DNA of 64,000 bases from Parachlamydiales bacterium (GTDB lineage: Bacteria > Chlamydiota > Chlamydiia > Chlamydiales > JABDDJ01), in the NCBI GenBank assembly GCA_041671045.1, contig JBAZCF010000006.1:19290-83289 (forward strand). Reading direction: 5' to 3'. This document shows positions 46,283-54,545 of the stretch, piece after piece; within the stretch, counting starts at the first letter, position 1, and every line of letters starts with the position of its first letter. The notes under the pieces are model-generated. The model was not told the origin of the DNA and ran no database searches. It saw only the letters and a list, made by a program, of their open reading frames with translations. Made by a program: the position numbers and the translations under genes.

Positions 46283-47556
46283 GAGTGCCCTTCCTTTGCT
46301 ATAAATTCATTATAGGTATCTAGGATATCATTCGCTTTAGCACTCCATGAAAAAGCTTTAGCTCTTTGACGCGCGCATTCACCCATTTTTAGCCTTCGAG
46401 AAGGATTGAAAGTTAATTCTTCCATAGCAGAACTGAAATCAGCCGCTAACGTTTGGGGATCAGTCGCCGATAAAAGGATTCCGCACGAAGAATCGGCATA
46501 TTCCCCTACACCCCCGTAGTTCACACCTACAATAGGCAACCCTGCAGCCATAGCTTCTAGGATGACCGCACCTCCAAAATCCTTGACAGAAGGGAAACAG
46601 AATATGTCCGCACTTTCATAGTGCGGCAACAACTGATTGTGGGGAACCCAGCCTGTAAATTGTACAAAGTCTTCTAAGTGCAACTTATGGACGAGAGCCT
46701 CTAGTTGTTTCCTTTCCGATCCATCCCCCACAATTGTCAGACAAATTTTCTCCGGCATTAGCTGAAGGGCATTGATAAGTATATCTACGCATTTAACAGG
46801 CTCCAAACGCCCCACAAATAAGGCGCGGCAACCGTTCTTTGCCTCTCGTCTAAGAGAGAAGTATTCATCATCGACTCCATTTTCTGAGAGTTTCACTAGA
46901 TTGCTTTCAGGGAAAATGACTTTAAGTGCTTGCAACGTATAATCTGAACCAACCCATACCACTTTGGAATTATGGTAGGTTGTTTTGTATCCCGGAAGAT
47001 ATTTGGCAAACCGTTTCAATGCCTGAAAACCTTGATGTTCTTTCTTTGCTACTTCAGAAAAGCCTGGGGGAAAAGGAATTCCCCCGTTCACCGGGCCCAG
47101 GAAAAAAGGGGTGGATTTACACACGGAAGCAATTTTCACTGGATAGCGTGGAATAATCGGTGTGAAGGCATGCACTAGATCAAAATTACCCCTCGCCACT
47201 GACTCTGAAAAATGTTTATACACAGCGTGGTTGAACTCAGCATAAATAGGATAAAGCAGTGTATGGAATAACGGCCAGCGTGTGGCGCCCCTTGTAAGGA
47301 AAGACTCCAAAAACCGGTAATAATAGGTAGAAGCCCTGCTTTCAGGGAAAAATACGATATCTGCATCAGGGTGCAGTTTAAGCAAGGCTTCTTTATTTCT
47401 ACCGTGTGTTGCGAGCGTGACATCGGCAACAGCGCCTAGCGCCCGGTATAATTTATAACCTAAAAAAGGGACAGAGGACATTTCAGGATGGCATTGTTCA
47501 ATGATTAATAAAACCTTCAACCTCCTTGAAGTATCGCCTCCTACCTTCTGTATCAT
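46270..47556 (-). CDS. Glycosyltransferase family 4 (GT-B)
   Basis: FVGRLEPVKCVDILI, IVGDGSERKQLE, and FCFPSVKDFGGAVILEAMAAGLPIVGVNYGG. Confidence 0.8.
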   Translation of the reverse strand: MIQKVGGDTSRRLKVLLIIEQCHPEMSSVPFLGYKLYRALGAVADVTLATHGRNKEALLKLHPDADIVFFPESRASTYYYRFLESFLTRGATRWPLFHTLLYPIYAEFNHAVYKHFSESVARGNFDLVHAFTPIIPRYPVKIASVCKSTPFFLGPVNGGIPFPPGFSEVAKKEHQGFQALKRFAKYLPGYKTTYHNSKVVWVGSDYTLQALKVIFPESNLVKLSENGVDDEYFSLRREAKNGCRALFVGRLEPVKCVDILINALQLMPEKICLTIVGDGSERKQLEALVHKLHLEDFVQFTGWVPHNQLLPHYESADIFCFPSVKDFGGAVILEAMAAGLPIVGVNYGGVGEYADSSCGILLSATDPQTLAADFSSAMEELTFNPSRRLKMGECARQRAKAFSWSAKANDILDTYNEFIAKEGHSCSS

Positions 47557-48512
47557 TTGTACTCAATGGGTTCTTGCAGTGACTTCCAGTAATACTTCAT
47601 CTGCCCGTATGCCATTGGCAGATGTATAAAATGGCTATGGATACCATAAAGAATGCTATTTTTTAATGAAGCTCCTTGGGATAAAGCCCTAAGGGATGTT
47701 CGTGATACTAACGCGATAATGCAGAGAAGCCAAAGGATTAACCAGAAGGGAGAGCGGCTTATAAAAATAATTAGAGTTGCAGTTACGAAAATCGCAGCCT
47801 TGATAATGTTTTTCAGTGCAGTCCTTGTCCATAGGTCTGTTCCGAGTTCCTTAGAGCGTGCTGCCACTGCGGCATAGGCCATACCTGTCCGTACATTCCT
47901 TAACCAATATTGCTTGAAAGAATCCATTTCCAAATCATGCCAAGCCATAACTTCCGGAAGTTTCCTTATTTTCCATTCCTTCATTACCATTCGCTGACAC
48001 ATTTCAGGCTCTTCCCCGGCATAAAGATACTCATCGTAGCCGCTGACAGTTTGCAATGCGGTTTTTCTTATCAGCGCATTTCCTCCACAATACTCTATCC
48101 CCTTGATATTCTGTGCATTATCTAAATCTGCTACACCTTGATAGTATGAACGATCGGGATATCTTTCCCTTGTTTCTCCGTACACTATAGCAATTTTTTC
48201 TTCTGCTTTGAGAATATCTATACTACTAAGAACCGTCTCCGGCACTATTTCAGAATCTCCATCGACGAAGAGGATCCACTCTCCTTTTGCAGCTTTCCAA
48301 CCTATATTACGCGCTATTGCCGCAGAAAATTTAGGACCGGGCACAGCAATGACTTTTGCCCCGGCTTTCTTAGCGATTTCTACGCTATTATCTTTTGAGT
48401 CGGAATCTACATAAATGCATTCACCAGCCTCCAAAGGGATTACAGATTTAAAACAATTTTCTAATCTGTCGGCTTCATTTCTGCCAATAATAACAATGCT
48501 TAATTCTTTCAT
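47553..48512 (-). CDS. Glycosyltransferase family 2 with C-terminal TM helices
   Basis: LSIVIIGRNEADRL, YVDSDSKDNS, and FVDGDSEI (DxD). Confidence 0.75.
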   Translation of the reverse strand: MKELSIVIIGRNEADRLENCFKSVIPLEAGECIYVDSDSKDNSVEIAKKAGAKVIAVPGPKFSAAIARNIGWKAAKGEWILFVDGDSEIVPETVLSSIDILKAEEKIAIVYGETRERYPDRSYYQGVADLDNAQNIKGIEYCGGNALIRKTALQTVSGYDEYLYAGEEPEMCQRMVMKEWKIRKLPEVMAWHDLEMDSFKQYWLRNVRTGMAYAAVAARSKELGTDLWTRTALKNIIKAAIFVTATLIIFISRSPFWLILWLLCIIALVSRTSLRALSQGASLKNSILYGIHSHFIHLPMAYGQMKYYWKSLQEPIEYK

Positions 48513-49096
48513 AGTTGAAACAGTGAGGGGAAAAGTTCTTGAAGTTTATTCCAGGGCAAATATTTTTTTTCTATAGGTTGTACCACAATAAGCACAGGTT
48601 CTTCTCCAGAGTGTCCAAAAGTAAGGCGCCGCTTTGTAGCTTCCCACCAATAGCGATAAGTAGAACCAAAACTATGTTTACCGTCAGAAAACCAGTATAA
48701 TGCTTCTTGAGTTTGATCCCCTTTTTTTAAAGAAACCAAACGAGCATCTCCATTAGCAATAGGAAAGGGCTCATCCTTTATGACATCCCAACCCCCGCCA
48801 TGGAAGCAATAGTAGGGATCATGCACAACATGTCTATTACGTGTTCCGTCAATGACCGTAATGAAATAAGGGACATCCGCTACTGTGTATACTCGCTTCA
48901 GCAAGTCGACACCCCCAAAGATCTTAGCTTCGAAAGCAGATAGCGGTACATTTTCACCCAGATAAGCAGGCCCATAAAGAGGTAACTTGCTTATCCTTGC
49001 GGCAGCGCTTTGAAGCGGCATGAATTGCCAGAGCAAGGCAATGCATATTGCAAGAGCCAAGGTGATATACAGCAATGTTTTGCCGCTAGACTTCAT
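48509..49096 (-). CDS. EpsI-like (DUF3485, exosortase-associated) protein
   Basis: 195 aa with an N-terminal anchor. The pattern L.R.Y....V...I....(x)..VHDPYYCFHGGGW...V.L....Q.ALYWF.DG...LIVVQP matches my recollection of the EpsI family core (HsPe.Clpg.GW ... YWy..g). Confidence 0.5.
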   Translation of the reverse strand: MKSSGKTLLYITLALAICIALLWQFMPLQSAAARISKLPLYGPAYLGENVPLSAFEAKIFGGVDLLKRVYTVADVPYFITVIDGTRNRHVVHDPYYCFHGGGWDVIKDEPFPIANGDARLVSLKKGDQTQEALYWFSDGKHSFGSTYRYWWEATKRRLTFGHSGEEPVLIVVQPIEKKYLPWNKLQELFPSLFQL

Positions 49097-49556
49097 TTCT
49101 TAGGCTCCTTATTTTTAATAAAGTAGCTAGAGACACTCCTAGAACTTTGCAAGAAATGGCAATTCCGAATGGCCATTCCACCATAAGATATGAGAAAATA
49201 GGCATCCAAAGAATCGAGCTGGAAATCCAGAGGGGCGACTCTTTACTCCAAGGAATCCAAGCAGCAATGGAAAATGCAAACCCTATGTAAGTTAGAGTAT
49301 TCACCGCTGTTAAAATACCTGCAATGACCATCACCAAAGCAAGTTCAGATGCTACCCAGCTCGTTGGTAACCGCAAAGCATATAGCGGTAATAACCATAG
49401 GATAAACGGAATCCAGTTGAATGCATCGTAAGGCGAAACAAACCATGCTTCAAAAAGGGACAATGATTCCCAGAGACAGAAAGTTATAATACTTAAATGC
49501 AGTAAGTTAAGATTACGGTGACCCATATCCCCAATTTTTTTTTGTGGAATCTTCAA
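49086..49556 (-). CDS. Small polytopic membrane protein (about 6 TM), first gene of the polysaccharide operon
   Basis: 156 aa, Trp-rich and hydrophobic. It overlaps the EpsI-like gene by 11 nt. It is too short for a canonical exosortase, and no Cys/Arg/His exosortase motifs were recognised. Confidence 0.5.
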   Translation of the reverse strand: MKIPQKKIGDMGHRNLNLLHLSIITFCLWESLSLFEAWFVSPYDAFNWIPFILWLLPLYALRLPTSWVASELALVMVIAGILTAVNTLTYIGFAFSIAAWIPWSKESPLWISSSILWMPIFSYLMVEWPFGIAISCKVLGVSLATLLKIRSLRNEV

Positions 49557-49652
49557 AAAATATTAATTCACTCTATATAAAATAATATGTTAATTATATA
49601 AAAAAAATTACACTTAAATTTAGAATCGAATAACCCTAACCGGAACATTTGT

Positions 49653-50114
49653 ATGCGTAAATTACCTTGGCTTTACTTAGGTCTTATTTTCGCCTTTACT
49701 GGCCTTTCTGCTGCATCCACAGCAATCGTCACCATCACTTTTATTGTGCAGTCTGTTAGGGATATTACATTTTCGGGCAATCCGGGCACTTTTACAGTAT
49801 CACCTGGAGGCGCTCCAGCAGTAGACACCTCCACAACATACTCGGTAGTTACGAATGAATCTAACCAGCGAATTTTTGCTGCCTTAAATACTAACATGCC
49901 TACCGGACTGACTTTACAGGTGAATTTACAAGCTCCGACAGGAGCCACCTCCGCAGGCGCCCAAACACTTTCAACGACATCCGTGGATTTAGTCACGGGA
50001 ATTTCTAATGCAAACCAAACCGGATTAACAGTAAGCTACAGTTTAGCAGCCACAGTAGCAGCTGCAACAGCCCCAAGTGCAACGCGTACTCTGACATATA
50101 CTATTGGTGATTAA
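49653..50114 (+). CDS. Secreted Thr/Ala-rich beta-protein, paralogue 1 of 3 (candidate fibre subunit)
   Basis: 153 aa with a signal peptide and no Cys. Shared blocks: ITFSGNPGTF, LNTNMPTGLTL, APTGATS, LSTT..DLVTGI, ATV, LTYTI. Confidence 0.7.
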   Translation: MRKLPWLYLGLIFAFTGLSAASTAIVTITFIVQSVRDITFSGNPGTFTVSPGGAPAVDTSTTYSVVTNESNQRIFAALNTNMPTGLTLQVNLQAPTGATSAGAQTLSTTSVDLVTGISNANQTGLTVSYSLAATVAAATAPSATRTLTYTIGD

Positions 50115-50584
50115 TGTTCGTTCTTAGGTTCTTGGCCCTGGTATTGCTAGTTCAAACAAAGCTATGGTCAGTCTCTGCAACAGCAAATGTGACTTTTACA
50201 GTCCCTACCATCAATGAGATTACTTTTTCCGGGAACCCGGCCACATTTACAATTAGTTCATTTACACCGGGTGTCCCTACGACTAATGCAACAAATAACT
50301 CTACAACGTGGACCCTATCGACCAATACCACAGCGGCCAAGGTCACTGCGAAATTGAACTCCGCAATGCCCACGGGACTTACCATGAGTGTTAATTTGGG
50401 AGCCCCCTCAGGAGCCACCAGTTCAGGAACCGTGCCGCTATCGACTACCGATTCCGATTTGGTAACAGGAATTACCAAACTCACAGCCTCTGCCTTGTCC
50501 GTAACATACACGCTGACAGCTACTGTCAGCGCAGCCCCTGCAGCTTCAACTTCACGGATCATCACTTATACTCTAGGTCCCTAA
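50114..50584 (+). CDS. Secreted Thr/Ala-rich beta-protein, paralogue 2 of 3
   Basis: 156 aa. The start overlaps the previous stop (TAATG). It carries the same conserved blocks (ITFSGNPATF, LNSAMPTGLTM, APSGATS, LSTTDSDLVTGI, ITYTL). Confidence 0.7.
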   Translation: MFVLRFLALVLLVQTKLWSVSATANVTFTVPTINEITFSGNPATFTISSFTPGVPTTNATNNSTTWTLSTNTTAAKVTAKLNSAMPTGLTMSVNLGAPSGATSSGTVPLSTTDSDLVTGITKLTASALSVTYTLTATVSAAPAASTSRIITYTLGP

Positions 50585-50585
50585 C

Positions 50586-51023
50586 ATGCTTTTCCGTTTT
50601 TTCTTATTACTAAATATCCTGAGCATCTTTTCAGCTCTTGAAGGCCTCCTAGATAGCATTGCTGTTTCGGGAAATCCCGGGACCTTTGTTTTTGCTGTGC
50701 CGGCGGCAGGCAGCCAGCCTGCTAATCTTGTGGATACTTCAACGACATATAGCGCTTCTACCTTATCCCTCGCGCGTAAAATCACCGGACAATTGAATAC
50801 CAACATGCCCACAGGCATGACCCTGGCCATCGAACTTCAAGCTCCTTTGATAGGAACCTCTCAAGGCAGTGTGACCATGTCTACCACTCCTGCAGATCTA
50901 ATTACCGGGATGATCCTATTGACCTTACAAAGCGGACTTCAAATTACTTACACCATGACCGCCACAGTACAGGCGTCACCTGTTACAAACAGTGTGGTTA
51001 CGGTAACATATACACTTCTGTAG
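50586..51023 (+). CDS. Secreted Thr-rich beta-protein, paralogue 3 of 3 (lacks the N-terminal VT.TF.V strand)
   Basis: 145 aa starting 1 nt after the previous stop. It carries the same blocks (VSGNPGTF, LNTNMPTGMTL, MSTTPADLITGM, VTYTLL). Confidence 0.7.
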   Translation: MLFRFFLLLNILSIFSALEGLLDSIAVSGNPGTFVFAVPAAGSQPANLVDTSTTYSASTLSLARKITGQLNTNMPTGMTLAIELQAPLIGTSQGSVTMSTTPADLITGMILLTLQSGLQITYTMTATVQASPVTNSVVTVTYTLL

Positions 51024-51043
51024 CGTGGTTTATGTATTTTGGC

Positions 51044-53815
51044 TTAAAGGACCATAGGTAGGATTTCTTTAGGTCTTGGCAGGACTTTTATTTCGATTTT
51101 TTCTGAGACCATTCTTTGAACAACTATTTCCAAAGTGTCGTTTTCCATGTAATGATCTAAAGGCACCTCATTAGACATTATTTTCATAGTCCATAAACCA
51201 GGGTGCAGATTGTCGAATTTAAAATGTCCTAAACAATTTGTAGTGGTTGAGAGGATTTCACCCGTTCCATTCCTTGAAAGGATGATACGCGTATTTGAAA
51301 GACCTTTAGCTTCAACCAAGCTCAACCACACGCCAGGCGAATGCCTTTGTGTAGAAGGATTCAGATTAAGGTTCTCCTCATAGTTATACATTTTGATATC
51401 TCCTTCCACTTGCCCTGCATAGGTAGTAGTGATATCATTGCATACTGTTCTGCCACCCATAACATTAACAGGTATATCACAAGGATTGGTTTGGAGCATT
51501 CTAGCAGGCAACATGCTGGTAGAAAGTGTATGTATGCCGGGGCAAAGATTGGAAAACCTGAAATTTCCACATTCGTCCGTTAAACGAGCGTCATCCCCCA
51601 GAGATACAACTGCATTGGATACAGGTTCATTAGTCATTTGGTCGTAAACAGTACCTTCAATGGAACCGAAATCAGTACGCCATTTGACAGGTGTTTTTGT
51701 AGGGATGGTATAGGAGGCAATAAATTTATATTCATCCCTACTGTCTTGATGCCTGCTAAAAAAACAGTCTAGGCGCACGCCAATGTTGTGCAGGTTGCTC
51801 AAAGTATGTGAAACACGTCCCATGGCATGCACATACCTTCCGTCATAACATTTCCCATTCAATTTGTCGCCATAGAATCTGTCGTTAATTGCTCTTGCAT
51901 AGATCTCTGCATAGGACAGATATTGGTACCGCCAAAGGAAGGCACCCCCCGCCGCATAACGCCACTGACGGGCATCATAAGGATTTGTATTTCCGCATTC
52001 ATAATGCAAAGTAAAAGAACGGACAGGATCTACTGTCATGTTGAAATCGAAATTATACCTTTGCAATGGTTTGCAAAAAGTGTCGGTCACATGATTTTTT
52101 TGTCCCCCCACCTCTGAGATACAAAATAGTGCGTACCTGCCGGTATTGAATGAATATTGGATACCACCCCAAGCCTGACTGAAATCGAAGTTACAAGGAT
52201 CGTAAGCATCCCTTCCGGTAAGCAAATTCCCCACGAGGGTAATTTGCGAACACGCATCATACCAGTACGATAGCTTAGCCGTGTAATCACGCCAGCGGGG
52301 TGCTGTTGTATCGCAATGGTTTAAATTCTGACATACACGATTAGTGGTGACTAAAAGTCTTGTAACCGCTGATAACCCAAGGTCCACCCCTGCAGAATAA
52401 TAGTCGGCATCATTGTAATAGCCATAAAATCCTTTGCCAGCATAGGTACGTGTGAAATAGCAAGAGGAATCCCTACCAAAAGTATTTTTAAAATCAATAT
52501 CGAAGCCTTTTCTATCCCCTTGATGTTTCTTTGTACTTGTATCATAAGCAAACTCCAAACCGAAAAAACGGCCCGGAGCAGGCGCCTCTTCGCAGCGGAT
52601 ACTGACAATATTTCCTTGGGGAGTATCCACTTGCGAACGTCTGATATAATTTAAGGAGATATTTCCAAAAGGCGAGTATGCATATTGTAGGTATGCGGCC
52701 CCTTCCTCAAACTGGCAGTTATGATTTTGCCTATTCTGCCGATAGAAGCTACCGTAGGACAGACGGTCAAAAGTAAAGTCAATGCCTATTCCACGACCAT
52801 AACCCCATCTTTCTGTCAATGGAGTCAGATAGTAGTTGGTATCACCCAAGACGAACTCGAACTGCGGATCTATAATACCCACAAATAAGCGTTGATATTG
52901 ATTGTAGAGTGTGGTGTGGGCCTCGCTGGGAATAAGGAATTCGTAGTCTATCTCCCTCAGTTGATCCTCATCGATAAACCCTCTTCCATATAACTCAGTG
53001 CCAACGACCAACTCCCCTTCCTGGCCTGTCGCGAACATTCTGAAAAAGCCTGATACGTTTACCCAGGGGTCAGGAATGCTATCCATGCCACAGGGCAGCA
53101 CATCTACCACTGAACAATATGAATACAATTCTTCATCTGTGCAAGCATCCAAAACAATGATCTGCAGTACTCTGCTTTTTGCTCTGCAAGTCGTGGGGAG
53201 GACCCCGACTTGTCCGTAAAAAATAGTATTTTCACCGGGAACAAGATCATATTCTTCACAATCGAGAACAGCCCAAGCATCATTATCGATGATGGTTTTA
53301 ATCCTGATAGGTACCGTGATATTACCTGCGTTATGGGTGCTTAAGGTAATGGGAAAGCGCTGTCCTTCAGCTACTAACGAGGGCGTCTTCTCCACTTCAA
53401 AAGACAGCTCTCTTTGCCCTTGGACATCCAAAATAACCGAATATGGTTTGGAGTCGATAGAGAAAACGACTTCATGCAAACCAGGAAGCGATCCTTTAGC
53501 GACAGATATGGGAACAAGAAGCATATGCGAACTATCAGGAGAGAGTGGAATGAGCTTATCACATTCCACTAAAGATTCGCATTCAGGAGGTAATTGCAGG
53601 TCGAAAGGTATCAGTACATCTTTTTTTCCCGGATTGCTGATATTAATGATAATAACAGCAGCTTCTCCGGGCGTAACTTCTAGGGATGGGGGAGTGATCA
53701 GAGTACACTCAGCAGCGTACGCTAATGAAAATTGTAGTATCGCTATTCCTATCAATCCATATTTAATGAATGGATAGAGACAGCCTTTCTGCAAATAATT
53801 TACCATTCCCAACAT
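51044..53815 (-). CDS. Cysteine-rich outer-membrane protein: N-terminal Ig-like (CARDB/NEW3-like) domains, central beta-barrel-like region, two C-terminal CarboxypepD_reg-like domains
   Basis: 923 aa with a signal peptide and ~25 Cys (counted by eye). N-terminal LEVTPGEAAVIIINISNPG is followed by an aromatic/Gly-rich alternating region typical of OM barrels. C-terminal motifs are IEGTVYD..TNEPVSNAVVSL...TDECGNFRFSNLCPGIHTL and GEILSTTTNCLGHFKFDNLHPGLWTM. Confidence 0.65.
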   Translation of the reverse strand: MLGMVNYLQKGCLYPFIKYGLIGIAILQFSLAYAAECTLITPPSLEVTPGEAAVIIINISNPGKKDVLIPFDLQLPPECESLVECDKLIPLSPDSSHMLLVPISVAKGSLPGLHEVVFSIDSKPYSVILDVQGQRELSFEVEKTPSLVAEGQRFPITLSTHNAGNITVPIRIKTIIDNDAWAVLDCEEYDLVPGENTIFYGQVGVLPTTCRAKSRVLQIIVLDACTDEELYSYCSVVDVLPCGMDSIPDPWVNVSGFFRMFATGQEGELVVGTELYGRGFIDEDQLREIDYEFLIPSEAHTTLYNQYQRLFVGIIDPQFEFVLGDTNYYLTPLTERWGYGRGIGIDFTFDRLSYGSFYRQNRQNHNCQFEEGAAYLQYAYSPFGNISLNYIRRSQVDTPQGNIVSIRCEEAPAPGRFFGLEFAYDTSTKKHQGDRKGFDIDFKNTFGRDSSCYFTRTYAGKGFYGYYNDADYYSAGVDLGLSAVTRLLVTTNRVCQNLNHCDTTAPRWRDYTAKLSYWYDACSQITLVGNLLTGRDAYDPCNFDFSQAWGGIQYSFNTGRYALFCISEVGGQKNHVTDTFCKPLQRYNFDFNMTVDPVRSFTLHYECGNTNPYDARQWRYAAGGAFLWRYQYLSYAEIYARAINDRFYGDKLNGKCYDGRYVHAMGRVSHTLSNLHNIGVRLDCFFSRHQDSRDEYKFIASYTIPTKTPVKWRTDFGSIEGTVYDQMTNEPVSNAVVSLGDDARLTDECGNFRFSNLCPGIHTLSTSMLPARMLQTNPCDIPVNVMGGRTVCNDITTTYAGQVEGDIKMYNYEENLNLNPSTQRHSPGVWLSLVEAKGLSNTRIILSRNGTGEILSTTTNCLGHFKFDNLHPGLWTMKIMSNEVPLDHYMENDTLEIVVQRMVSEKIEIKVLPRPKEILPMVL

Positions 53816-54545
53816 CTAGTAGTAGTAACCCGTAGTATTCCCCTTCAGATATCTCTTCTAGGGGAAGGGAAAACCGCACTGAATTATAGGGAAGAATATT
53901 TTGTGGAGCGGCCTGCATTGTTTTTACTAATTGTCCCTTGAGATCGTATAGTTTTAGAGTAGGATGAGGATAAAGATGGCAGTTCCCATTATTTTCAACA
54001 TCCATGTTTAACGTATGGCCGGTATCAGTCTTTAATAGATTCGAGTCTAATAATTTTAAAGACTTTTCTAAAGCGCCTACATTTACGATGATCTGGTGGG
54101 CGTAACGTACTTTAATTTGAATGGAAACGGCGTTTTCAGCTTGTAAGGTTGTCACAGGTTCTGTCGGTTCGATAAGTATCGCGCTAGAGTATGAACCCTT
54201 AAGCTGAGGATTATTCGGAACACGTACTGTGTAATAAACATCCTTAGTTTGCCCTGGCTCAATTCTTACGCTTTGCTGGTGGAGTTCTAACCATTTAGCA
54301 TTCGAACGTTCTAGAGTATTAGGCTCTTCAAAGAAATTCTCACCGTTAGAATTATATTTATAGTCAGCTTGGTTGATGTGAACTTCTTCGGGGACATCCT
54401 TATTATTTGTCATCGTTAATTTTACATTGAAGATCTCACCCGGTTTTGCAACAAGAATTTTGGTAAGATCGCCATTAAATACCACAGCTTCAATGTTCGA
54501 AATAGTTAGTAGGAAAATAAGTAGAAACTTAATTCTTAGCGCCAC
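53763..54545 (-). CDS. Periplasmic/secreted protein with two Ig-like beta-sandwich domains (candidate chaperone-like partner)
   Basis: 260 aa with a signal peptide. The first domain reads AKPGEIFNVKLTMTNNKD...RIEPGQTKDVYYTVRVPNNP..GSYSSAILIEP and the second LNMDVENNGNCHLYP. It overlaps the start of the 923-aa gene (translational coupling). Confidence 0.6.
   Translation of the reverse strand: MALRIKFLLIFLLTISNIEAVVFNGDLTKILVAKPGEIFNVKLTMTNNKDVPEEVHINQADYKYNSNGENFFEEPNTLERSNAKWLELHQQSVRIEPGQTKDVYYTVRVPNNPQLKGSYSSAILIEPTEPVTTLQAENAVSIQIKVRYAHQIIVNVGALEKSLKLLDSNLLKTDTGHTLNMDVENNGNCHLYPHPTLKLYDLKGQLVKTMQAAPQNILPYNSVRFSLPLEEISEGEYYGLLLLDVGNGKLFAERLSLSIH

Noticed and set aside
49086-49556. Possibility that the 156-aa membrane protein is a bona fide exosortase
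   Set aside because: It is roughly half the length of exosortases, and I could not find the conserved Cys/Arg/His motif context. It is kept as an unassigned membrane protein and raised only as a question in the findings.
49673-50830. Minus-strand ORFs opposite the three small secreted-protein genes (49673-49996, 50152-50565, 50573-50830)
   Set aside because: The plus-strand frames have signal peptides, tight stop/start coupling and three-fold paralogy at the protein level. The antisense frames are open only because Thr/Ala/Gly-rich coding sequence has few reverse stops.
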